NCBI RefSeq assembly: GCF_030144855.1
Contig: NC_082718.1
Span: 92,194,001 to 92,258,000, forward strand
Length of the DNA: 64,000 nucleotides
Source of the DNA: Hypanus sabinus
Lineage: Eukaryota
Direction of reading: 5' to 3'
This document shows positions 38,134 through 51,111 of the stretch, piece by piece. The notes below the pieces were generated by a model, which was not told where the DNA came from, did no database searches, and was given only the letters and a program-made list of their open reading frames with translations. Within the stretch, counting starts at the first letter, position 1. The number at the start of each line of letters is the position of its first letter. A program made the position numbers and the translations under genes.

Positions 38134-38324
38134 CTCTCTCTTGATCTGGACCTAGAATAACTATGAGCCTTTGAAGGTTTTTTTTCTTTTCGTTTTGGCC
38201 GCTCTTCTCCATTTTCTGCTGAACTTAATCGCTCTCTGCATTTGTTTTGCTCCTTGTCACTTTGTTGCTCAGATGACTTTGCTTTTTTGGTCATAGATTT
38301 TTCTTTTACATCCCGTCTTCGTTC
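38134..38324 (-). CDS. RSRC2: RSRC2 exon 4 (...RERLSSAENGEERPKRKEKK...SRSRSRER)
   Basis: 191 nt; resembles recalled human RERLNSSENGEDRHKRKERK; AG/GTAAGT flanks. Confidence 0.92.
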
Positions 38325-41076
38325 CTGTTTTAAGAAGAAGTTGGTTCTTTCAGGAAAATAGTGCAACAAAAAGAGTTAGTATGGATACTAAAATACAAAG
38401 ATTTAATAGTGGGTTGTAAAAGCAAAAAATCTTTGAATGTCTTAAGAGGGAGTGAAGCAAAGTGCTCTTAACATTCAATGCTTTTCACAACACACCAAAC
38501 CCAAGAAACAGAAACCAGAAAACTAATTATGTTGATACATGTTTGAGGGACTGATAATCAATTTCTATTCTTGCAATATCAATTATTTTCAGTGCATGTG
38601 ATATGCTTTCTCTGTCTCTTATTGTGAAAACATTCCAACCAAATTTCAAATAAAACTGACTTAATCCAATCTTATATCACTTGTTTTTCACACTCAAGAA
38701 ATTTCCAATTATAAGCTTGTGCTTAAGATTTATTAGGTACAACATACTTGAAAAAAATCTATTCTCTTTAAATATAGTTCACAGACTTGGCCTATTCATT
38801 AGATCTTTCTCAATTGTCCCACAAGACCAGCAGCGCCACCTTGAAAAATATCAGGTACAAATGACAACCAAATTTTCCACACAGCAAAAAGACTATTACA
38901 TTAAGATCTGATCTGGACTTATTAAACTTAAAAACTCTGTAGTGTCTTTACAGAATCACTATTCACTTATAACCAGTTCTTCTTTCCCCCAATTATGAAA
39001 CCTGTAGAACTGCACAAACTATTTCTAATCAAACAACTTTTAATGCTTTGGGGATATTGTGAATTTTGATTTAGGTCAACTACTGAAATTTTACCAAATT
39101 AAAACTTCGCTTTTAAAGAAGTTTTACACCAAGTTATTCAATAAGGTCTGATGACAAAACCACATGATTTTCTTGTGATCATGTTCAATATTTTTCAATT
39201 TTAAAAATTTACACACAGCATCACCTGCTGTATAGGCCAATCCCCTCTGCAGTGGATGCAATGGATTGCAGGAGCATTGATGACAAACAACCTTACCATC
39301 GACTTCAGAGGACGACGGAAACAGGAGGTCATTGATAGTCTATGCTCCACTGGAAGCTAAGGGCCCAAGTAAAGCAAGTATCACCCGACATTTAGAAAAT
39401 GCAATAATATACCAAAGGTCACTCGAATACCAATGTTTTATCTGCATCTAAACTCACATACTTCAATTAAGCTACAAATTAAAATCATAAATGTTTAAAT
39501 TCTGAAATTCAGTGAGTGCTGTAAAAGTAAACTAAGAGGTACTTCAACTCTGTTACTGTTTAAAATAATGTTGGTGATAAAGTGAAACTGCTAACATTTT
39601 CAGTAACAAAAAAGAGAATTTTGTTGTGACCAGTAATTTAAGAATACAAAGGATTTATCTTGGAGGTTAGTTAATACTTCACTAATACTATGTCCAATTC
39701 CTTGAAATTCACAAGAAATTGGAATCTGCTGCCTCAGCTTGTTTTTAACTTGTATCTAACTTAAACTAATGTAATACAAATGTTTATTGTAGCACCAGAA
39801 ATATAACATGTTTCTACATTTCCTTATAGCATTGAGAATGAAAAGATTTTCTGACACTAACACTGTTTACTAACACATTTTTAAAATTCAAAATATAATT
39901 ATCTTAAATTTGGTAGACACTCATGGGCACCACATCTTAAATGAATTATTTGATTCTAAGTGATCATCTCACTTCTTCCACAAGTCCCAAAAATTAAGCC
40001 TCTGGTCCTCATAATAAAAAAGGCATTAAATCAATCGACTTCACATGCACACAGATACCTACCATAAGATGATCATCAGCTAGCAAATGACTGAGTAGCA
40101 TTCTGTTGTGCAATTACACGCTAAGCCTTCAGTAATGGGAGAAGAGCAAGTGTACTTCTGAATATTTTACCTTGTTGAGATCTCAATTCCTTTATTGACT
40201 ATAAATTTGTTGTAACCAAAAGACCTGTGATAACATTATAATAACAAGACTGAACGAAACCTGTTAGCAGCATTGATCCCAGAAAATATATTTTGGCATG
40301 TAAGAATGTTTTGTAACAATTTCATTCAGCAATATGAAACAAAGGTAGTTCTTGGATAAAGCCCAGCAAAATACATAAGCAACAATAAAAATAATCTAGA
40401 AATCAACATTTGTCACAGGCTGGCCAATTGTTCGTAGTTAATTTTAAAGAATCAGTGAAAAATTTGGTTATTTCCTAATTCAATGTGGTTTGTGGGGAAG
40501 CAACCCTCCCCCAAAAACCAAATTGAACTGATAGTTGAGTAACACAAATAAAGCAGATTTGCTGGGTGATTTTTTCACGTTATAAAGCAAATACGAGTGC
40601 AAATGGCTGATATTTACCTTTTCAGGAGGTAGGCTTATATTTTTTGCTATTTGACTCTGCAGCGTCTTCCGCTCACTGTGTCTCTTCGTGCATTAGCACG
40701 CTGAGTACGATTCATTATAGAAATGTTATCATTTGATCTAAGTATACAAAGTAAACTTTCCAAATACAGAAAAATGCCAAACATCTGCATTGATAGCCTC
40801 CTAAATTGTCAAACCACTAAATATTAAAATTGGTAATATCTGGTCAATTTTAACCTATTTACCATATTGTTTTAATTAGAACAGGGAAGAAAAATATTTA
40901 TATCACTCATATGCTAAGGTAGAATACTGTACTTTGTCATGACAGTTACAGAATTTTACTTGTATATTCCATTTCTTTTGATACTTACCATCCCAATTGT
41001 CAGTAATCAATTAATATAATTCTCAGAACTACATTAATTTCATAAATTACAATATGCTATAGAAATTGTTAATTAC

Positions 41077-41123
41077 CTCTTTGCTTCTGCTGCGACTTAG
41101 TCTGCGTTTCTGGTTTTCATTTT
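41077..41123 (-). CDS. RSRC2: RSRC2 exon 3 (ENENQKRRLSRSRSKE)
   Basis: 47 nt, TTTTTCAG acceptor and GTAATT donor, phase 1 to 0. Confidence 0.88.
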
Positions 41124-42796
41124 CTGAAAAATTAAAAACTGACAACTGAGAAGAGCAAAAACAAGCATTATTGAAAAATATGACAATCAAACCCTTAGAC
41201 ACATGGGAGAATATATTCCTTAAAATTAGTGAAACATGATATTCAATATCCTAATATCCTATTAAACTTATGAAGAACAGGGGGATTGGTACCAAGATAT
41301 AATGTTATTTCATTATAAGAGGACGCATAGAGCCAAAATAATGACTTAAAAATTTTATTCACATCTGAAGACTGAAGAAGAATCATCCCACATTCTGATA
41401 CAGAAGTTGTCTGTGAAGGGTATTACTGAGTTGCTGGGGCAAGCAGTGTTCCTCTAAGGTGTGGTGTTCAAGGTTCCACTCTATTCAACATGGTGAGTTC
41501 CACTGCTGTAAGCTAGCAATGTCTGCTCCAGTCCTGTTGATGGACTGCCTACGTCTTGCAGTGTTTTTCATCACCCACTGGATACAAAGGGAACTGCTGT
41601 CTGCTCTCAATTTGGTTGGGGACAGCTGTGCACATTAAAAGCATATCCATCTGGTAAAACTACCTACAATGCACCCATCACAGGCTCCTGTCACTAACTT
41701 TTGCACCTTCATATTGCAATACACTGTGCCAGGGCTCAACCAGAAAAGTAGTTTACCACTATTTCAGTGTATTTAATGGCTATGTGGTGTTCATTCAAAT
41801 ATAGCTGTCAACTTAATAGATAAGTGGTTTACATAAACAAGAAACTGCAGATGCTGGAATCTGGAGCAACAGATACTTTGCTGGAGGAATGCAGCACTGT
41901 GGGAGGACTTGTCAACATTTTGGGTTGAAACCCTGTATCAAGTAAATGGTTTATCTGCATTTACTGTTAACTAATTTTAGTGAGTTGTTACTGTAAACTT
42001 ACTTTCTCTTACATTTCTTACAAATCCATTTATATTTGTTTTAAAGGTCTTTCATCAAATACAAAACAACATTAAAGTTCTCTGACAGCAGAAAGCAAAG
42101 GGAAAAAGCAGTGAACGCAAAAAATCTGATCCTATGTCACCACTTTTGTTGAGAAACCTTTTGGGCTGGTGAGCAAATTACAATTTGCAACAAAAGACAC
42201 CACTATTCCCTCAATTTTCACGAAAAGCATCAAGTAACAAATAGCTCAAGCAAATGGTGTGTTCGCGTGGGATTCTTCATATACAAGAAACAAACTGCAG
42301 TTGCAAATAACATTTAAAACTAACACATTAAAATGATTAATACAACTGCAGCATTTTAGCAATCATTGTCCATATTTGTGAACGTAAGAACGTAGGATCT
42401 AGACTTTTTATAAGCATAAATCGATGTTTGCTCTTTGAATATTCTTGAAGAAGCGTTACACATCAAAACACGAATGGACAAAAATTTCATAATAACTAGA
42501 AACTAAAGGTCGCACACTGGTCTACCAATTCCTGCAGGCAGCCAAGGAAGAAAAGGTCAAATTGATTCATATAATCTGTTATTTTGTGCAAACATGCGTG
42601 AAAATTATGCACTGGTATTTACGAAACAAGAAATCGCTTGTCATTTTGATTATTGCCACTAAACCACCCAACCAAGGCAAAAATATTTAGTTGAGAGAAA
42701 TTTGCAAATTTACAGAACTCTGTTGATGAATTTACAATATACAATTTGAAAATGTTTCACCTGTAAAACACAGAACCTTAAAGATACTGTACATAC

Positions 42797-42971
42797 CAGA
42801 CTTCTGTTTCTTTTCCCTAGATCTTGATCTCGACCTTGACCTAGACTGGGATCGTGATGAGTGATGCTTGTAGCTTTTGGGAGATTTAGATGATGTTGAT
42901 CTCTCACTTTGCTTTTCTGTGTCAGAACTACTTTTTTTCAAAACTGAATCATCCTGTTCAGTTTCACTTCC
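42797..42971 (-). CDS. RSRC2: RSRC2 exon 2
   Basis: 175 nt; GSETEQDD...KHHSSRSQSRSRSRSRSREKKQKS; AG/GTATGT flanks. Confidence 0.9.
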
Positions 42972-43439
42972 CTGTTAACAGATTTTAAAAGCAGAATCAG
43001 TATGGATGGAATTGAAAATCAGCAGGAGTAAGAAAACATGGTGGGATTTTTCTTATAGGACTCCAATATAGTAATATAGAGAAAATATAAATCAGTGAAC
43101 AAAGATAAAATAATAAACCCAGGGAACTTCAATCTACGTATAAATGGTGTAAACTAAATTAGCAATGGAATAATGACAAAATGGGGCTTTAGGCCAATAT
43201 GGTGAAGACCTAACGAAAGAACAGGGTTTACTGTCAGTATCACTGTGCCATGAGGAAGGATTATTAAACAGGTAGATTAGGAGTCTCTATAGAATGATTA
43301 TCATAAAATGTTTTCAGAACAGCAAAGTGACTGAATTAAATCTAGAAGAAACAAACTACAGAAGGTATAAGGCATGACTCTGTTATAGATAACATTTACA
43401 ACAATTACAAATACTAAAGACACAAAAAACCAGCACAGC

Positions 43440-44040
43440 ATCAAGTCTGAGGAGTAGAAAATTTGTGGTGAATATATTGACCGGTTGCATCACAGCCTGG
43501 TATGAAAACACCAATGCTCTTGAATGGAAAATCCTACAAAAAGTAGTGATATCGCCTTGTCCATCATGGGAAAAACACTCTCCTCCATTGAGTGCATCTA
43601 GATGGAGCAATATTGCAGGAAAGCATCATTTATCATCAGGGACCCCACTACCCAGGTCATGATATCGTCTTGCTGGTGCCATCATGAAGGAGGTACAGGA
43701 GCCTTAGGGCTCACACTATTAAGTTCAGGAACGGTTATTACCCCTCAACCATCTGGCTCATCAACCAGTAGGGATAACTTCATTCAACTTCACTTACCCC
43801 ATCAATGAATTGTTCCACAACCCATGAACTCACTTTCAAACACTCTTCATTTTATGTTCTCAAAGTTTATCTATTTACTATTTTTCTCCCTTTTGTGTTT
43901 GCTCAGTTTGTTGTCTATTGCACATTTGTAGTCTGTCAACCCTGTTGGTTGTGGTATTTCATTGATTCTATTCTGGTTCTCAGACTTACTGAGTGTGCCT
44001 GCAAGGAAGTGAATCTCAGGGTTGTATATGGCGATATATG
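43440..44040 (+). mobile_element. REX1-like LINE 3' fragment
   Basis: ILTGCITAWY motif followed by a 3' UTR ending GAATCTCAGGGTTGTATATGG. Confidence 0.75.
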
Positions 44041-45899
44041 TTTGGAATTTCCCATCAGGAGCATCTATCAGAAGCATTGCAGAGGCTCAATTGCTGAGCC
44101 AATTTTAGATAAATATTTTTGATTAAGGAAATCAATAGATGTCAAGTTAGCACAGGAAAGTGAAGCTGAACATCAGCTATCATCTGTCTGACAGGCGAAG
44201 CAGAGGGAATGGGCTGAATGCCCTTGTTTACTTTTACTTCTTAAAGATACGTACAAATTCACGTTTAACATTCAATAGCAAGTATTTACACTTAAAAAAT
44301 CAGCTGGCCACTTTCAAGGTTGACCTGCCATTCAATAAGATTATAGTGAATTTAGTAATTTGTCTGAATTCCCCAATAGTTTGAAGGATTTACCACATTT
44401 AGTCTCACACAGAATAACTCATTCACAGGGTCAGGAAGATTTTTAAGATTCACAAAAGAAACAATTCTTCACCTCAGGAGAAAGGGGAAGTAGCTCTGTT
44501 TGAAGTGGTTCTCAATGTATTGATAAGGTGCAGCAAGTAGTGTTCTCTCTTCTCTACCCATCACTTTCTCCTGTGCCCATCCTCCTTCCTTTTCTCCTAT
44601 GGTCCACTCTCCTCTATCCTTTGAGGATTCCTTCATCTCCAGCTCTTCACCTTTCCCACCCACCTGGCTTCACCAAGCATAATTATTATAAAAATATTGA
44701 TCAGGAACTCAGAGAATCCTCTTAGCTCGAAAAAATTGTGCCTTGGAATATCCACGTTCACACAAGGGGACAGATGGAGGTTCAACTTAACTCTCAGTCA
44801 ACAGGATGCATATTCTACAAATTAATAGTTTTCCTGGTATACAAGTCTTGGACTGAGGAAGTGAACCCACAACCAACCAACAGAAGAAAGCAACAATAAC
44901 TAGAAGTCCCAGTGCATTCCTATGTTAACTTGTCACAATATCAGCAGAATCAACTGGATGTATGCTTTTCTCTAACTCATTAGCTGCTTCAACACTTTCT
45001 TGTCATTCAACATTCATAACATCCACTTGAAACTCTAATTTTTTGAGAAACAATTTCTGTAAATTTTGACAGGGCTTCGGGAATATCAATCTTGGCAGAA
45101 AATTGCGTTTAAAAAACATAACAGCACAGTAGTTATTCAGCCCTTCAATTTTGTATCAAGAGGAACGCACGCTTTCCTTGTAGCCCTCCATATTGTCTCT
45201 TTAAAATGCTGATCTAATTGCTTATCGAAAGGCACGAATGAATCAGCTTCCACTGTAAGGCAAGACAACTCGCATGCTAACCACAAACACCAACCATTGC
45301 TTTCCCTTATGTCGCTTCTGATTCCTTTACCAATTATCTTAAATGTAAGCGATCTTCAACCCTTTCCATTAGTGAGGATTTTAAAAAATTACACTGGAAT
45401 CGAAACAAGCAATTCTGGATTGGCTTTGTTAATCGAACCCAAATTTGATAGTTTAACTTCCGTACCATAGTTCTTCCAGATGTTTCCTTTCACAAGTGCG
45501 ATTACAGTCATTAAAATAAATGGGTGACATTCGAACGCTGTTTTAGGCCATAAAGCCTTAAGCTGCGACAAATCGCTAATTCTTCATAGTGCTCACGTAA
45601 ACCCTCAAACGTGAACTGTGCAGCTCTGTTATTTGGTGGGGGGAAATATTTATTTATACTCATTAAACAGGTCTAGGATTGTCGAGAAACGAAAGCGAGT
45701 TTCTGGCTGCAGATCATCTGGCAGAATACCCAATACGGCCACTCACAAAGCTCAATAGATCATCCTCGTACACCAAATTAATCCCCACCAAACAAAACAA
45801 CAAGTAAGACACAATCAATCTGCTAGCATTTTAAAAACCTGCGTAACTGTCACATTCGATCTAATCATGCTCATAATAATCAGGTTTGAAGGAATGTTC

Positions 45900-46320
45900 C
45901 AGAAAACAAAGTATTTCCAACATGGCGCCTGCCGCCATTTTCTCTGGAGCCACTTTCACCGCTTCAATACCAAGTGCAGCTTTTTGATGTCATCGACTGA
46001 TCGGAACCACCAAGCAAAACCTGAAAAGCAAAAAAAAAACAGACAAACGCGACTTGGATGAATACGTACTGCCATCCTCTCAAACGCCTCTGAGAGAAGA
46101 AACCGTCTCCCCGCCGCCGACCAGCTCACTCGACAGCGCCCGGCCGACAATGCGCTCGGAGGCGAACGCAACGTAACGTAACGTGACGTGACGTGACCCT
46201 CCCCGGCCCGCGCGGCGTCGGCGTGCGCGCGCACCAGCCTATCGCATCAATCCCATCCACAGAGACACTCAGTCGATAAAACATACCGCCGGCGCACGGT
46301 TTTCCAATCCGTCTTATGGC
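45900..46320 (-). promoter_or_regulatory. RSRC2 promoter / CpG island
   Basis: CpG-rich; (ACGT[A/G]) pentamer run at 46171-46198; GCGTGCGCGCGCA NRF1-like motif; YY1-type motifs at 45920-45941. Confidence 0.75.
46070..46075 (-). CDS. RSRC2: RSRC2 exon 1 coding part (MA)
   Basis: AGGATGGCA|GTACGT inside a CpG island; phase 0 joins exon 2 (GSETEQD). Confidence 0.8.
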
Positions 46321-46399
46321 AAATCTTCCTTTAACCTCCTAACCTCCCCCCCCCCCCACATTTCCTCACTGCACTTTGCGCTTGACCTGGCAGATGAAA

Positions 46400-47060
46400 G
46401 TTAACATCTCAAAGTGCCATATTATGAGAATGACCCACAAGAATCATAAGTACTTCATGGGAAACGCTGCACTCCATGAAGTAGAACAACACCTCCTACT
46501 TGGGCATTGAACTGTCAGATAACCTTAGCTGGGCAAAACACATCAACCAAACCATTTCAAGTTCCAACAAAATCTTTGGCCTTCTACCGCGTTTAATTTT
46601 GGAATTGCTCAAAAACCAGAAAAGAAATTGCTTGTAAAACCCTCGTCCGTCCAAGTCTTGAGTACTGTAGTGCAGTTTGGGATCCCTACCAAACCATTCA
46701 CATCAATAACCTTGAGGAAGTCCAGAGAAGAGATGCCAGGTTTGTAACCAGTGATTATAGAAAGACCAGTTGTATTACAGATATGCTTCTCGACCTCAAA
46801 TGGGATACCCTCCAAAGGCGCCGCACAATAGCCAGGCTTACTACAATTTACAGGGAAGCTCATTCATTAACTCCATCCAGCATTAGTCACCTTTTGTGTA
46901 ACCAGAATATCAGGCCAGCAACCCGTCAAAACCAGTCCCTGAACTACAAGGCTATCCAGACCAACAAGGCCTGCTACAGCTACTCACTGTACTCTAGGAC
47001 CATTACAGTTTGGAACTCGCTGCTGCCACACATTAAATCTGCCGCTGACAGTAAAAACTT
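46400..47060 (+). mobile_element. L2/Crack-like LINE 3' fragment
   Basis: LEYCSAVWDPY...LEEVQRR.ARFV...ML.DLKWDTLQRRR..ARL, RT C-terminal motifs. Confidence 0.75.
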
Positions 47061-48327
47061 TCAATTCGCTGCTCTTAAACACCGCAATTTAAATTACAAC
47101 TGCATGCATGAGGGACTGCATGTTTATAGTCCAGCGGCTGACGGTTGGCGCAGTATGGACAAGACAAGAACAAAACTGGGCAGTAAACCATGAACTACTT
47201 TTCCCAGTTCTGTTGAAGCTCTTGGACCATTGATGCTGCCGGACTCGCCGAGTGTTTCCAACGCTCTTTTGTGTCAGTTGGTTAAACATTTGGAGAAGGA
47301 TGTAGAAATTTAATAAGAGACTGCTGAATACCATGCAATATATACGCAAAGTGCTGGAGGAGCTCAGCAGGTCAGGTAGCATCTGTGGGTGGGAATAAAC
47401 AGCCTGGTATATACCATACCTGGTGATTTAAGGTTCTCCCACTGACCAGCATACTCTAAACCTGTTCTGTGTTTTGGACTCATTACAAACTACTGCAATA
47501 TTAGCTAAAGGAAACTGAAAAGTAAAGTTGATGAGTGAACTGGTTCCACAACCTATAGAGTCAACAATAGGTGTTCTCAGTACTATTTATTTGTATTTGT
47601 ACAGTGATTGTCAGTCTTCATGTGTAGTTACTCACTGATTCTATTGTATTTCTAATTATGCTGTGAATGACTGCAAGAAAAAGAATTTTCTATTTTTTAT
47701 TAAGCTACTACACAGCTTTGACCCATGCCGCCCAGCAACTCCCGATTTCACCCTAGCCTAATCACAGGACAATTTACAATGGCCAATTAACCCACTAACC
47801 AGTATGTCTTTGGATTGTAGAGGGAAACTGGAATACCAGGAGGAAACTCACGCAGTCACGGGGAGAACGTACAAACTACTTACAGATAGTGGCAGAATTG
47901 AACTCCGAACTCCAATGCTAACCTCTACGCCACTGTAGATGAATAGCAGCAAGACATGCTCAACAGCTTATCCCTTCAGTCATAGATATTCCCCAAGCCT
48001 ACATTCACCCATTGCTTTAGCTGAACAACTCTTTTCCTCTCCTTCACAACTCTGATAAAGGATCTTCAACCTGAAATGTTAACACCCACAGTTGTGGCTT
48101 GAACTGCTGAACATTTCCAGCATTTTTGTCTTTATTTTAACTTTGACAAACACTAGCCATTAGTAACTCTGCTACAGTTATTGGAGTATAAAGTTACATT
48201 GTTTGCTGTGTAACCAAAACTATGTAGTCAGCTTTGTACTTGCTATTTGCTATGTATGTATCCAATTTAGTAGGAGAATGAAATCTCTGTATTCTCTGTA
48301 CTATCGAACACATCAGTGACTTAAGAA

Positions 48328-48912
48328 TGTAGCATTGATGCACCACCAATAACTCACTCTGAGACGTGAAGGCAAGATATCGGCTTTTATTGACTGGAAG
48401 AAGGAACAAGCAGTGAGTGACCACCATACTACATCCTGGAGACTGAGAGGCCGGGCTCAGGCCTTGATCGCCTTTATACAGGGGTCTGTGGGAGGAGCCA
48501 CAGGAGCAGTCAATGGGGGGCGTGTCCAGACAGGTATATGTAGTTCACCACAGTAGCCAAATCAGAAGATAATGGTGTGTTAATGAGAGGCTAGCTAAGA
48601 GATAACTGTGGCCAGGGATGAGGTAACACGTGGCCCAAAAAGTAGATTAGAACATGATTAAGTTAATGGGTAGAAACAATAGTGGGAAGTCGGGAGCTGA
48701 TGTACTGATGATATGCAACTGTAGACCAATTGGATATGCTAATGCAACTAAACCAGGAGATTGCTATAAAAAATGCTACGCACAAGGATTGGTGGGCAAT
48801 CAGCGACTAGCTCACTGACTGTCTCAGCTTTGATTTGCAAATGAAAGTTTAACACTTCTTGAAGAATCTTCTGCATCTCCTGGTCGTTTGTGGAGCACAA
48901 GAAACCATGACA
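48328..48912. mobile_element. Two abutting or nested solo LTRs
   Basis: TGATG...CACCACA unit at 48336-48552 (minus-strand TATAAA and AATAAA) flanked by GTAGC-like repeats, then a second unit with CTATAAAA ending in TGACA. Confidence 0.55.
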
Positions 48913-49139
48913 CAGTCAAAAGGCCTTCTGAATTATCATTAAGTTTTTTTTTCCCTGGTGGTTTCAAATTCTGAAAGCTAGAAAGTAAAATAACCATTAA
49001 AGATTTTGTTTTATCTTGTTCTGAATAAAGTTTTTCTACATAAGTACATTTAAGTAAAATGATAAAAGCCCATGATCATGAATGCAAAACAATATTTTGG
49101 CATATAGTTCGCCATATGCAATTGCAACATTGAAATACA

Positions 49140-49312
49140 AAGAGAAAATCTGCGGATGGCGGAAATCCAAGCAACACACATAGAATGCTGGAGGAACTCA
49201 GCAGGTCAGGTAGCATCTGTGGAAAAGTCCAGTCTCAGCCTGTACCGTTGACTGTTTACTTTTTCTCCATAGATGCTACCTGACCTGCTGAGTTCCCCCA
49301 GCATTTTGTTTG
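49140..49312. repeat. Penelope-derived palindromic short repeat (related copies near 6585-6760, 41840-41940, 47340-47400, 48050-48130)
   Basis: ATGCTGGAGGAACTCAGCAGGTCAGGTAGCATCT ... AGATGCTACCTGACCTGCTGAGTTCCCCCAGCAT inverted arms. Confidence 0.75.
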
Positions 49313-49739
49313 TCACTGAAATGCAAATACCATTCCGAAGTAGATTTTAAAACATCTTTCTCTCAACCCTTGTCTTTAGTTATAATCATTAAATTAAATC
49401 GAAACATTGAGAGTAAAATGCCATTAACGTAACAAACTTGAAATGCTTGATACAGTATTGTGAATTGCTCAGCCTGGGCATCAGCAAGTTGAGAGGGCTA
49501 CTTACAAAAGATTTTTTATTCCTTTAGTCATCTATTAGTCATTTATTCTTGTCATCTAGTCTCAAAAGCTATTTCGCTGTCCTTTCTGTCATACCTCTCT
49601 AATTGCATTATTAATTATGCATTGGAGAGGCACTGTAGTAACTATGTTGCAGACGGAAAGCAATACTTCACACCTCAAGTAGCTTATGCTGATACAGTAC
49701 AGTATTATTGAAGGAGCCTACACGAAGAGAGATGCTTTG

Positions 49740-49971
49740 CCACGTTCCAACAGGGCCGATCACGTGACCCCGGGTGGGCGGGGCTTACCACCACGTCCGC
49801 TTCCAAGCGCGAGACGTGATGGGAGTTCGCTCTATCCCGCCAATTTGAAATAAAATTTACGAGGGGAGATTCATTTCTGAGAAAAGAGTTTTTTAGAAAA
49901 TCTGTTTTCCGATCGTTTTGGATGACGTTCTAAATATCTTTTTTTAAAACTTAGCGTCTGCCTTCTTGACG
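49740..49971 (+). promoter_or_regulatory. KNTC1: KNTC1 promoter and non-coding exon 1
   Basis: CpG cluster with TCACGTGA E-box, GGGCGGGG GC-box, TCCCGCCAA followed by TTTGAA (CHR); donor CG|GTAAGT at 49972. Confidence 0.72.
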
Positions 49972-50064
49972 GTAAGTGTCCTTTCAATCGCTATGTTTGT
50001 TATTTTTTCCGCTATTTTAGCTTCCAAGAGCAGCCACCCTTTGGGGCCTATTATAAACTATTAT

Positions 50065-50390
50065 AGATTGATGTCTAATATAAACCCACGGACTCTCACA
50101 GCTACCTAGACTATACCTCCTCCCACCCTGTTACTTATAAAAATAATGCTATCCCCTTCTCCCAATTCTTCTGTCTCCGCCGCATCTGCTCTCAGGATGA
50201 GGCTTTTCGCTTCAGAACGAAGGATACCCTCCTTTTTCAAAGAAAGGGGCTTCCCTTTCTCCTCCATCAACGCTGCCCTCGACCACATCTATTCCATTTG
50301 GCGCAGGTCTACTCTTATCCCATCCTCTCGCCACCGATAGGGTTCCGGCTTGTCCTCCTCACCTACCACCCCACCAGCCTCCGCGTGCAG
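50065..50390 (+). mobile_element. Penelope-like element fragment abutting the assembly gap
   Basis: YKPTDSHSYLDYTSSHP...IPFSQF..LRRICS motif of Penelope RT. Confidence 0.8.
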
Positions 50391-50767
50391 NNNNNNNNNN
50401 NNNNNNNNNNNNNNNNNNNNNNNNNNNNNNNNNNNNNNNNNNNNNNNNNNNNNNNNNNNNNNNNNNNNNNNNNNNNNNNNNNNNNNNNNNNNNNNNNNNN
50501 NNNNNNNNNNNNNNNNNNNNNNNNNNNNNNNNNNNNNNNNNNNNNNNNNNNNNNNNNNNNNNNNNNNNNNNNNNNNNNNNNNNNNNNNNNNNNNNNNNNN
50601 NNNNNNNNNNNNNNNNNNNNNNNNNNNNNNNNNNNNNNNNNNNNNNNNNNNNNNNNNNNNNNNNNNNNNNNNNNNNNNNNNNNNNNNNNNNNNNNNNNNN
50701 NNNNNNNNNNNNNNNNNNNNNNNNNNNNNNNNNNNNNNNNNNNNNNNNNNNNNNNNNNNNNNNNNNN
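50391..50767. other. Assembly gap (N run) in KNTC1 intron 1
   Basis: 377 consecutive N. Confidence 1.
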
Positions 50768-51111
50768 TTCCCTGGGGCTCCACTGCTGCATGTTTCTGAA
50801 ATCTTCAGCTCAATAACACTCATATTTGCATTCTCCTTTCCTTTTCTAGCCTCCTGATTTCCCTTAGTCTACATTAAGCTGCTGAAATCCTGCATTATGA
50901 AATTATCTCAATATCCTTCCCTACCATGTATTTCTATCAGTTTAAAATTAATCTTTTTGACAGCCTTGTGGTTATGACTAAATGCTTCAAACCTCTTTGT
51001 TTAATAATGCTTGTTTGAAGCATTTTGTGATTTACTATGTTAAAGGTGCTATATGAATAAAAAAAGTGATTGTTAATACCTGTGCATTTTTGATTATAGC
51101 AGTTGTTCAAG

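Noticed and set aside
50289-50823. Several long ORFs in the ORF track
   Set aside because: They are artefacts of translating through the N gap.
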